Shown: positions 37,734-48,830 of the stretch, in pieces | Position numbering within the stretch: position 1 is the first letter of the stretch | Layout: every line of letters starts with the position of its first letter | Origin: Lama glama | Lineage: Eukaryota | Assembly (NCBI GenBank): GCA_028534125.1 | Contig: CM052852.1 | Location: forward strand, 94,550,001 to 94,614,000 | Reading direction: 5' to 3' | DNA: 64,000 nt | Translations under genes and position numbers: made by a program | The notes under the pieces: model-generated | What the model was told of the DNA's origin: nothing | Seen by the model: the letters and a program-made list of their open reading frames with translations, nothing else | Database searches by the model: none

Positions 37734-38316
37734 TGTACCAACAGGAAATCCAATCAAACAAATGAGCCCCAGAACATTCTGCCCACCCCTTCTCCCGCCC
37801 TCACACCCACCTCTGCCATTCCTGATCTCAGATAGGAGTTGGGCATTTTAAATGACTGGTGTCTTGCTTCAGTCTTGTCTAAGAAGCAGGTACGTAACTG
37901 AAGTCAGGCAGAACATAACTCAGGCCGGATTCTCTGATAAAACCTTTCATTAGATCCCCATCACCTAACCTTGGCTTACAAGCTTTGCTCCATGATCCCA
38001 GTCTTAATACCTTTCTGGAAGCAAGAGGCAACTTTGTTTAAGGTAACTTGCCACATCTTAAATATTCCCATGAAATTTTGGCATTCTGTTCCAAAATCCA
38101 CCCAAGGGTGTTTAAATTTAAACTATTTCCCTTGGAATTTCTAACTACGGTTTTTGTTCCAAGAAGATGCCCTGCCTTCGTCCAGTGGTTTTTGCTGCTG
38201 CTTGGCACAGGGGCAAAGGCTTGAGCAGCGAAGCCCTGCAAGGCCTGAATCGCTGTATGGCCATCTAACTCTACTAGAAAGAGCCCGGCAGGGCTGCCCC
38301 AGGCTCCCTGGGGCCC

Positions 38317-38711
38317 TGTGTTAGGCGGCTAGGGCCACCGCAGCCAAGTCCAGCAGACTGGGGGGCTTAAACAAGACACATCTAGCTTCTCACAGTTCTG
38401 GAAGCTAGAAGTCCAAGGTCAGGGTTCTGGCAGGTTTGGTTTCTCCTTGGGCCTCTCTCCTCAACTTACACATGGCTGCCTTCTCTCTCTGTCCTCACGT
38501 ATGTCTGTCACACCTTGGTGTGTATATGTATCCTAATCTCTTCTTAAAATGACACCAGTCAGACTGGGTGAGGGCCCGGCCTAGTGACCTCACTCGATCT
38601 TAATCACCTCTGTTAGAGACCCCCGTTCTCCAAATACTGTCATGATCTGAGGTCCTGGGGATCAGAACGCCAATGCATGAGTTTGAGGGGGACACAATTC
38701 AGGCCACACCA
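38317..38711 (-). mobile_element. MaLR solo LTR (MLT1A/B-like)
   Basis: gcttaaacaa...ctcacagttctggaagctagaagtccaaggtc...ggggacacaattcag; TSD g(g/a)ccc. Confidence 0.88.
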
Positions 38712-38932
38712 GACCCTGACATTCCTTTAAAGAGCAGGGACAGCCACCATACTGCCACCAGAAGAAAAACCCCTTCCGGAATTTAATGCACCAAACAAAC
38801 GGCCCCTCCCTCCATACACACAGCCACCCGCCCATGTGGGGGCAGGTTTAGACTCCGAGCATTTCGATTCAGGGAACTTTCACATCTGCCACAGGCTGTG
38901 GAGTTCTGTGCTCCTTGTGACAGGATTGGGTT

Positions 38933-38951
38933 TTGTGTGTGTGTGTGTTTC

Positions 38952-38987
<36 letters not shown>

Positions 38988-38988
38988 G
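38933..38988. repeat. Compound (TG)n-(TTTTC)n-poly(T) simple repeat
   Basis: Direct reading of the sequence. Confidence 0.9.
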
Positions 38989-39194
38989 GAGTTGGTTTTG
39001 CCGTGGCTGCTGCACATCTCAAGCAATAAAAGGGATTTGAACTGCAATAATTTGCCTTCGGTCTGTCTTTCACGTTGCCCTGGCTTTGCTGTCAAGCTTT
39101 TGAGGAGAATCACAGTTATACACGCAAGCTCTGCGCCGATACCTGGCACCCGTCTACTGGTTTTCTGATAAACATGCCCTTTCCCTAGAAGTCT

Positions 39195-39580
39195 ATTCAA
39201 ACGCCGGGCAGGGATGGGCTCTGGCACCCGCCTGGCGCCTGTGTTCTGCGACAGCCCCGCCGGCAGAAGAGGCCCTGCGCCTTCGGAGAGAGGTGCTCAG
39301 AAGCCGGGCTCCCGGCTCCCCCCCCCCCCCGGCCTGCGACCCTCGGCCGCTGGACAGCAACGCGCGCGGGGACGGCAGTGGGACAGCTGCCCGGCGAGCC
39401 GGCGGCACCTGGCTGAGGTGGCCGCAGGGAGGTGGAGGGCAGGGCCGTCGGAGCCTGCTGCCCGGTGGGACATGATGCAACCCCGGAGGCGGCAGTGCGT
39501 GCACAGCGCCGGGTCGGCTCCCGCTCCTGCCCTCCGTCAGCTTTCAGGAAGAAGAAAGGAAAAGCGGAGGCTCGGTATTT
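39195..39580. promoter_or_regulatory. Small CpG-island-like region (candidate promoter or enhancer)
   Basis: High GC, dense CpG (cgcgcgcggg, gccggcggc), C13 run at 39318-39330, repeat-free. Confidence 0.6.
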
Positions 39581-39729
39581 GAGATTTAGAATTAATTAGA
39601 GCCCCAAATCCCATACCAGCCAGCGGGTTGCTTAATGAGGCCAATGTATTCATCTTCTTCAGCCTACTTCTCCAATCCACATCCAACCCATACAGGGATC
39701 GTTACGGAGCCGCACGATGCCCCGTGGCT

Positions 39730-39910
39730 TTCAAAGCGCTACCACACGCTGCTGCCTCATCTGGCCCCCACCATCACCCTGGTAGGTGGTCAAGATCGGA
39801 GCCATTCTCCCCACTTCCTAGATGAGTTTTCAGGGACGTTGAGTCACTCTCCCAAGGTCACACAACTAATAAGCAGGAGAAACCGGGTTTGAACTCAGCT
39901 GCTCTAACAC
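39730..39910 (-). mobile_element. MIR
   Basis: ctcccaaggtcacacaactaataagcaggagaaaccgggtttgaactcag. Confidence 0.75.
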
Positions 39911-40003
39911 CGGGGCCCGCACAGAAAGAGGCATGACTGCTTCCATGTCGGGGTATCGGGGAGGTGGGGACCTCGGCCTCCCACGGGGACAGCGTTACTC
40001 AGC

Positions 40004-40335
40004 TAGGGTTGCAGGAAAGCATGCAGCAGGACCAGCTGAATTTGAATGTCAGATGAACAAAGGATATAGTTTTAGGCTACATTTGTCCCATAGTTACGCT
40101 TAGCTCAAATACTGCATGGTATCTACTTATATGTACTCAACATTTATTTACTGTTTCTCTGAAATTCAACTTTCACTGGAGATCTGCTTTTTTTTTTTAA
40201 ATGGAGGTCCTGGGGCTCGAACCCAGGATCAAACCCAGGACCTCGTGCGTGCTAAGCACACGCTGTGCTACGAAGACTTACCTCCCTCCTCTAGGGCTGG
40301 CTCTGTATTTGCTAGATCAGCCAGTACCACCCTCA
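40004..40335. mobile_element. MER53-like palindromic hAT MITE, interrupted by a SINE
   Basis: agggttgc...gaatttgaatgtcagatgaacaa...tgtccca / ctgaaattcaactttcactgg...tatttgctagatc...accct inverted arms. Confidence 0.7.
40188..40289 (-). mobile_element. Camelid tRNA-Ala-derived SINE, short form, duplicated B-box
   Basis: Reverse complement ...gtgtgcttagcacgcacgaggtcctgggtttgatcctgggttcgagccccaggacctccatttaaaaaaaaaaa. Confidence 0.88.
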
Positions 40336-41739
40336 GCAGCATCCTAACAAAGCTGGCCAGCCACCTGGCCTTCCCATTAGCTCTGCTCTGGTCCTCTCCA
40401 CACTCACCTAAGGTCACCTTTGCCCACTAACCCTGGTTTGAAGCCCGCCAGTCATGTGTTCTCCCTCGTCCTGAATTGCCAGGTCCCATCCCTCTGAAGA
40501 CTCCCTGAGCTCCTAAGGGTGGCCTTCAAAGCTTTCTGGAACGAGGTTCAACCTGACGCTGCCACCGCTCCCAGGTCCCTCATCACAGTTGAGTATGGAC
40601 CCGCAGCCTGAGCCACACAGAGGATCCCAGCTTCCCACATACTTCTGCTGGTGTCTGTCTTTCCACTGACCTTGAATCCCACTTCCTTGACATCCCCAAG
40701 TCCAGGCTCTGGGAAATCGCTCACACTCTCCACTCCCCCGGCCACAAGCAGTCTTGCCCCTAGCTCAGCCTTCACAGCACCTCCGGACCCTTTGTACATG
40801 CTACACTGTGCTGTGTTTTTGTTATTTGGGCACATGTCTTAGCTCTTCCCTCCACCAGCTTATACCTCTAGGGGACAAGACCTATTTTGTGTGATTTGTT
40901 TCCCCTCTACATGGCTTAGCACAGTTTCTGGCACAGGCTAGACGTTCCATAGGAATATCTGGATATAAAGGAGTGGCTGGACCGCACAAACATTCTCCAC
41001 TCTATAGTACCTACTCTCTGCCAAGACTGGGTCCAACCTTGGGTGTAGAGTGATGACTAAGATCCAGGCTTGTTCTCAAGGCAGACAGAACAACTGTAAC
41101 TGGAAGGAAACTGGGTTACTCGGAGGCCAATCTCAGCCTAGTATTTCTGCAAAAGACTCACATCCCCAATTCCAGGATGCTGGGAGGAGTAAGGCTGGAC
41201 TTTACTAAACGACCCTGGAGAAAGTTGGAGAGGGTAGGGGGGCCAAGGAGGAAAATATATACTATGGCCTGCACCAAAATAACCCAAGTCTTCTCCACCT
41301 CTCCATCCCAAACCCGCTCTTTGTAGTAACTACCCTCCAGGTTCGCTCTCCCCTCCCTGCATAAACCCAAACAGCGGCTCTCCACTGGCCTTGATGGCGC
41401 GCCCATCCACAATCCTCCCTTCTCCTGGGCTTCTAGCTCACTTTTCAGGATTGCTGCCCACATCCTAATGTGGAGCCACTGAGCCTTCTCGTGGTTGCCT
41501 TGACTGCATCCCCAGACACTACCCGCACAACTGAGTTTCTAATGAGTTCAAAACTTTAAAAGTGATTCATTTGTTCCCATCATAAACTGATGAGATACCC
41601 TGTGAGTGGCTTCTGGAGGTGAAGAGAGAAGTCCTAAAGGGAAAGAAAAAAGGAGAGAGTTTGAAAGAAGGGCTAAAGAGGGGGTCACCTGCTACTCCAT
41701 CTTTGACAATACTTTCTCTTCCAAGGCCCCCTTGCAAAC

Positions 41740-42247
41740 CGCAGTAAGTGCTATCCAAGGCGGTCTTCCAGTGGCCCCACCTCCTGGTGTTCATGCCCGT
41801 GCGCAATACCCCCGGCCTAAATTTGGGCCGGACTTAGTGATTGACTTCTAACAAAACAGAACTTGGCAGAAGTGATCGAATGTCACTTCCGAGATTAGAT
41901 TACTGGAAGACTCCAGCTTCCACCTTGGTTTCTGTTTCTCACCTATTTATACTCCCTCAGTCTCAGATGGCTCATTCTCGGGGAAGCCAGCTGCCATGCC
42001 AGGACATAGCCATTTGGAGGGGCCCATGTGGGTGAGCTGGGAAGGGTCCCCTCCCCCTTAGTCTAGGCTTGAAATGACTTCAGGCATCATGACCACAACT
42101 TCTTACAAGACCTCAAGCCAGAGGCTCCCAGATCTCCCCCTCCAGATTCCTGACCCAGAGACACATTCAGATAATGATTGTTTATTGTTTTAACCAACCA
42201 CTAAGTTGTGGGGTGATTTTGTGATGCAGCAATATATACCTAATACA
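41740..42247 (+). mobile_element. MaLR solo LTR (MLT1F-like)
   Basis: ccccacctcctggtgttcatgcc...ggacttagtga...gcagaagtga...gggaagccagctgccatg...gcagcaata...taataca. Confidence 0.85.
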
Positions 42248-42954
42248 CAGCTGTAGCCTCTGCCTGCTTCTCTGTGACTCAAGAGAGAAGCGATGCCACC
42301 GGCTTTGGGGGCCCAGCCAGCAGGCAAAGGTGACTACAGCAAGCACGCCCATCCGCCTTCACGCCCAAATGTCATTTTATAACACTGCAGTCAGAACGAT
42401 ACGGCCAGTGGCCCCCAGAGACCGCCAAGGGGCTTTTATAGCTGTTACAAATCCTGCTTCGTGAATCCCAGACCCGTATGCAAATGTGAAGCTCAGCCTT
42501 TGATAAGCCGTTTGATTTCCCTTTTAGTTAATGAAGTGAAAATACACGATTTTACACTCAGATTAAATTGCTAAAATGTTTCACTCTGGTCCCCCGTTAG
42601 TTGTAATTAAAAATAGAAATAGAAGAACAGGAAAAGTCACCCATCCTCTCCTGGCATCCTGAGGTGCAGAAGGGGAAACTCGGGGTCCTCTGCAACCTCT
42701 AAGCAGAAGTGGGGTGCAGGCAGAGGAGGGTAAGACCACAGACCACCCCACCCCCAACATGGCAAAGGCTGCGTCCCCGCACCTGTAGCCGCCAGCAACC
42801 CGGAATGCCGGGAGGAGGAAGGCGGGTGGGTGCCCCCAGTTCTGAGCGCCCCCAGACAGGCTGCTTCACTGGAGCCCACGAACATCGAGAAGGATGTGGC
42901 GGCTTTCACAAGGCCCAGAAACAGCTGATGCCCAGCAAGAACTCAAACGTCTGA

Positions 42955-43960
42955 CAGCGTGCGTGGTCTGGGCGCTGACGGTGCAGGGGTCCCTGCGTAG
43001 AGGAGAGAGAATGTGTGGGGGGTGCGTGTGTGTACAGGCACCCACGTGTGTGAGAGAAAAGAGACGATGGCATACATGGACTTTGTGTGTGTGAGCGGAT
43101 GGGTGAGAGTGGTGCACACATACACGTGTACGTGTGAGACAGGATGGATGAGGAGGGTACATGGGTACCTGTGTGTGTGAACAGTGTGTAGGGATTCATC
43201 TACATGAGACAGAATGGGTGACAGGCGTATACATAACTGTGTGTTTGTGCTGTGTGTGTATGTGTGACAGAGACAGAGACTGGGTGAGGAGGTGTATATG
43301 CACCTACGTGTGTCCGTGTGCAGGTGTGTGTGTATGTGCATGAGTGAGGGGTCTACACATGTATGTGCATGGGGGCAAGGCGTGTGTGTGTGTGAATGTG
43401 TGTGGATGAAAGGTCAGGTGAGGAACTGGAAATGTCCAGGCGTGGACACCTGTACAAATGGAGGGGAAGGGGTGTACATGTATGCAGAGGGGTGCACACA
43501 GGTGAGGGAGGGCATGTGTGTGAGCACGTGAGTGTGTCGGTGAGGAGATCTCTATGTAAACACGTGTTGTGCGTTCTGAGTGAGGCTGTTGTGAGTACGT
43601 GTGTGAGGCTGTGAGTCAGGATCGACCAGATACTCTGTGGACACGTGTGTCATGCGTGGCTGCAGGAACTCTGTGTGTGTGTCTGTGAGCAGGAGGTGGG
43701 GGTGTGAGGACTGCGTTAACACACGGGACTGTGTCTGGCAGCTGCATGTGCATATGGGGGTGTCAGTGCACGGGTGGGGTGGTTGTATATAAATGTGTGA
43801 GAGAGTGTACGTGAGTGTGGACATGTCAGTGTAGGAATGGGGGGTGCTATGGACATGTGTGCAAGGGCTTGATACGTGGAGAAGGGGAGCATATACGGAA
43901 AGGTGTGGAGGAGTGTCCACGTGTACGTCTGTGTGTGGATGCATGGCGGAGGGAGCGATT
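42955..43960. repeat. Degenerate TG/RY-alternating low-complexity tract, about 1 kb
   Basis: Interrupted tgtgtg/gtgtgc/atgtgt runs; explains the His/Thr- and Cys/Val-rich ORFs. Confidence 0.85.
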
Positions 43961-45109
43961 GTGTCCCCACGCAACAGCCAGCCGGGAGGCCAAGCGCCAC
44001 GTCATAGGCAATGGAGCACCAGGACACCCGGTAGCTAGAAATCCTGCTATGGTCACACGTATCCATTAGCCGAGGGGGTGCAGCATAGCCTGCCAGGAGG
44101 ACGTCTTCACCCGTGTTCTTGCTGAAAAGATGTCACTGTCCAAAAGGTTGAAACCACCTCATTACTGATACGAGGGCCAACTGGTCCCCAGATTCCACAA
44201 CGCTCACGAACTCTTGGACAGTTTGATAGGCACATGGGTCCCCAAGCCCCACCCCCTGGGATTCTGCTTTAGTTGGCTGATGAGGGGCCCAGGGACCTGC
44301 ATGTTTCCACCCAGCCCCCACCCGTTTGGTTCTGAAGTAGAAGAAAGAAACCCTGGTATGGAACCAGAGACCAGGAGATGGGCTACAGGAGGGGGGCGGT
44401 TTGCTCAAGGTCACAACTCGAACCCTGGTCTCCGCCTGCCAGCTCAGCCCCTGCTCTGCTACAGCAATAATTCTCAAACGGGGGAGACCTGAGGACAAAG
44501 CGGCCCCCCATTCCATCCTGGCCCTTGGGAGTTCCTGCCATCGTGAGCATCTATTTCCATGTGTTAATGAGACCCTGGGAGGGTGCTGGGAAAGAAACAG
44601 TTTATTGGAAACCAGGGCTGGACATCATATCGCGTTGCTGTCGGGGCTACTGCATTCAACAGTGACGGCACAGGGCCACCAGAAATGGGAGCCCTGCGCC
44701 GGGGGGAATCCTAGCTGTGAGTCCAAAATACTGTGCCTGGGGATTCCCTTTCCAAGGTGAGGGTTTTGGAGCCAGCCCTGCAGCTGGGTTGAGGGGGCTG
44801 AGATCCTGCTGGCAATAAATAAATGGGCTCATGGTGGAGTCTGGCTTGAGAGAAACTGGGTGTCGTCAATGGTGTTTCACAGGAGAGACCCTTCAAAGAT
44901 AGGCTTACAGAAGGGCCAAGTGCTATTTTTAATTCAACCCTCATACCATCTAACAGCCTCTCCCATTACCATGCGTGTCGCCCATTCATCTCAGATGCTG
45001 AACATTGTCAGATGCTTTTTAAAAATCCAAGCACACAGTAGCCCCCGAGTTTCCTTTATCTGCCACAACAGCAATGTCTTCAAAGAACTTCTGCGGGTTA
45101 TTTTAAAAC

Positions 45110-45530
45110 GACCTCCCCGAGCTGGGAGCTTACTTTCCTGGAGAGCTTTCACTTCAGGGCCGGAGGCGAGAGCGGAGGACCAGGGAGTCCGACCTGGCAG
45201 CTCCGCAGGGTAGCACGGCGAGCCCGGGCAGAGGACTGCACGGGGGGCCCGCGGCCTCAGGACTGGTTGCCGGGGAGGGTCTACCCCCCATCCTGAGCTG
45301 ATCGCAGCTCCTCAGCTGTTGGTGTTCCTACCCCTACAGCATCCCAGCCCGGAAAGACGGAGCCTCCCTCACCCCTGCTCCACCAAGGCGTCCCTCCGGG
45401 CACCTCGAGACACACAGGGGCCTCTAGTGTGGCAGCGGCCGCCACAAGCAACCACTCATCCAAGGCCCCTGCTGGGCCACAATCCCGTACTCTGCTCGTT
45501 CTGTGCTCTTTCTTTCCCCTGGCTGCGAGG
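45110..45530. promoter_or_regulatory. CpG-rich patch (candidate enhancer)
   Basis: GC-rich and repeat-free with retained CpGs (ggccggaggcgagagcgg, gcccgcggcc, gcggccgcc). Confidence 0.35.
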
Positions 45531-46866
45531 CAGGGGGCTCATCAGCCATTAGGCGACTTGGGACTGAGTACAAAGTAGATGGTGGGGCACCTGAAGTCTG
45601 TGGCTCAGGGAAGGCTGGGCCAGTGGGAGGACAGCATCTCCAGGACAGTCAGGCTAGCCATCAGCCTTACTGGCTGGAGCACACAACTGTTGATTCTGCT
45701 GGGATTTTCCCATCGTGCATTCTGTTCCACGTGGGGATGGGCTGAAACCTGATTTCCAAAGCTCTCTGGCTTTCACTGCCCAGCTCCATCTGTTGGGGTC
45801 TCAGCTCTTCCCCTGAGTCTTTCTACAACCTGCACCCTCTGTGCCCCCTAGATGACTACTGCTGCCTGCTCTGCTGTCCAAATATAGCTCTGGAAGAGGG
45901 GATCCTTGTCCTGCACACACCTTGCCCAAGGTCCTGCAAATTGTGGGTGTCCAGAAATGTGTGTATCCCCGTTGCTGTACAAAAATCAGATGCCCAGAGT
46001 CCCCTCCACTGTGAGCCAGGATGTGTTCACTCTGTCGGTGGCCACACAGCATCCCATGATGCACAGGGGAACAGAGCAGGACATCACATCTCTAGACCGC
46101 CACCTGCCCCAGGCACAGGCACAGCACCTCCATCCTCACAATGGCCCCGGGAATTATCCTCAGGTTACAGTGGAAGGGGAAAAAAAAACAAGGCTTGGGA
46201 ATACTTAGTAGTTTACCCACATAGGTAGCAAATTGGCAGAACCAGATTGGAAGCCAGAGTCTCATGAGGGTGAAGCAAGCTCATGCAGGTAAAAGAGTCT
46301 GCAGAGCACCAAGAAGTGCCCATCGCTCCCCTCTCCAGTGGGAGTTCGGCTGTGGCACCCCAGTAAGGAACTACCCCTCCCTGGGCCTCAGTTTCCACAC
46401 CCATAAACCAAAGGGGATTGGGTCACCAAAGTCTCCCGCTCTGAAAGCCTGGGTTGCTGACAGGTGAACAGAAAGAAGAAAGCAGCAAGGGGAGGGGGTG
46501 GGGGACCTCTGAAGCCACAAGGCTTTCCCCTCCTCGCACAAGAGCAATTTTTTAACCAGGTCCATGGACAGGCTTCAAGAGAGCTACCGATCCCTGAAAC
46601 AGTCCGCACAATCTCGTATGTGTGTGCCTGGGTGGATTTTGCTGGAGAAAGCAGCTCTAGCTTTAATTTCAGTCCAAGACCCCAAAGAGGGTATAAGAGG
46701 ACATCAGAAATCCCTCAGGAAGGCACCCTGTCCCCACTGGACATTCACCTCCAGCTCAAGTTTCCTTACGTCTGTGAAGGTCTCACCTGACTTAAAAGAA
46801 ACATGCTTAAGAATTACGGGCACCATTGGTCTAAGGACAAAGTCAATCAAGACAGGGCCTTGGAAG

Positions 46867-47011
46867 GGGGAGGGTATAGCTCAAGGGGTAGAGCGCATGC
46901 TTAGCGTGCACGAGGTCCTGGTTCCCCAGCACCTCCTCTAGAAATAAATAAATAAACAAACAAACAAACCTAATCACCTCCCTCCCCGCCCCCCCACTAA
47001 AAAAAGAACTC
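46867..47011 (+). mobile_element. Camelid tRNA-Ala-derived SINE, long form, perfect 21-bp TSD
   Basis: TSD atcaagacagggccttggaag at 46846-46866 and 47012-47032; head ggggagggtatagctca...cttagcgtgcacgagg. Confidence 0.93.
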
Positions 47012-47029
47012 ATCAAGACAGGGCCTTGG

Positions 47030-47520
47030 AAGCAGATACACTGAGATTCAGTCGCAGCACCGCCACTGTCTGGCTGTGTGACTTCAGCCCAGTTACCTCC
47101 CCTCGCTGAGCCTCAGCATCCACACTGTGTAGCGGACAGACTACCAAGAGACTGTCATGAAGGTTCTACTAGGAAAAGCATTACTACCTGGCACATGGTA
47201 GGCATTGGGTAACCACGATTTTTCTTTCCTTTCTTCTAATTATGAAGTAAAGCTTTAATTATTCTTGTACCCTGAAATGATTATTACTGCCATTGTTAGT
47301 AGCTAACGTCTATGAAGTGGTTACCATGTGCTGGGCACGATCCTAAATGATGTACAAATATTTATTTACTCATTTAATCATCACAACAAACCACCAGGGA
47401 GGTACTATTTTCAGCTCCATTTCGCAGTTGAAGAGATGGAAGTATGCACTGAGGTGTTAAGTAACTTTCCCAAGGTCACCCAGCTGATAACAGGCAAAGC
47501 TAGGATTCTAACCCAAAATG
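47030..47520. mobile_element. Two MIRs (plus at about 47030-47210, minus at about 47290-47520)
   Basis: ggctgtgtgacttcagccc...ctgagcctcag, and ctcatttaatcatcacaacaa...ttcccaaggtcacccagct. Confidence 0.8.
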
Positions 47521-48179
47521 ATCCGAATGCAAACACATGCGAGCTGTCACACAATACTGACCCTGCTGGTTAGCGGTAAGTGCTCATAGGCCTGAGCTGT
47601 CCTCAGGCTTCTGGATGAAGCCCGAGCTTATCCCAAACCCCAGGTCCCTGGACTCTGGCAAGGACCTTCACTTCCATGTTAAACTGTTGGCACCAGCTGG
47701 CTCCCACCCCAGGCTGGACTCATGTTCACTGAACTCAGGAAGCCAGATCCATAGCAAGTCCTGCCGTTACACTCCATGCTCTGCCCATCCATTCATTTGT
47801 AGGTCAGTCCATGGCATTGTTCACTCATTTCATATCTCTTTCCCTTTTCACATGACCTTCCTCCTTCTGCTTTCACCTCCACTCACTTCTGTCTCATCTT
47901 CCATAACACATGTCAACATCCTGGACTGCTGTTTTCCATATTTTTCTACACGCTCACAGAGTCACATTCAGATATACGTGCATACGCACAGACACACATG
48001 CGCACACGCACTCCAGTAAATACATTTGGGGTGGTCGGTCCTTGTTTTACAAAACCGAGACCACGCGGTGGACGCTTTTCTGCACCTAGCTTTCCTTACT
48101 CAACAATCCTTCCCGGAAACTCCTCCAGGGCAACCAGTGGAAGTTCTCAGTCTTTTCCATGGTTGCAGTCCCACTTGTT

Positions 48180-48830
48180 ATCTGCCTTACGGTTCAGCCA
48201 CACTGAAGCTCTAGCAGTTCCCTGAATACCCCAGATTGTGCCCTGTCTCTGTGCCTTTGCCCCTCCTGCTCCCTGAGCCTGGAAAGTTCACTGTTCTGCC
48301 CACCTAAAGCATATCTCATCTGTCAAGACTCAGCTCCTGGCAAGCCTTTCCTGGCCATCAACTGACCCAGGAGAACTGATCTTGCTCTCCTCCTCCTCCT
48401 GGTCCTCAGGGTTCCCTGGACAGAGTTTTTTCTGAGAACATCTAAACTGTTAGTGAAGTCACGTGCTGACGTTTGTTTCCCCCATGAACGACAAGACTCA
48501 AAGTTCCAGGAAACACAAGTTGTCCATTTTGCACATTGCTGGCATCCTGGAGGTCCCAAATAAATATCTGTTGACATAATGAATGAGCGAATGAATGAAT
48601 AAGGATGAGGAGAGCCTGAACCAAAGGACTAGCAGTGGAAGGGAGCAGAATTGGTAGACTTCAGAGCACTAGGAGGAAGACTTGGCAATGGACTTGAGTG
48701 TTTCTTATTTCCACAAGAACATAAGCAACATGGAAGATCATGTCTGCCTTGTTCATACTCTTACCACCATTGCCCAGATTGACTAGTGCCCTGTACATAG
48801 TTGGAGCTCAGTAAATAGTTACAAAATCAA
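48180..48830 (+). mobile_element. L2 3' fragments
   Basis: cagccacactg...gtgcctttgccc...tcaagactcagctc...aataaatatctgttgacataatgaatga, and a second tail ctcagtaaatagtt. Confidence 0.75.

Noticed and set aside
42894-44069. His/Thr-rich and Cys/Val-rich ORFs
   Set aside because: Translations of the TG/CA low-complexity tract.
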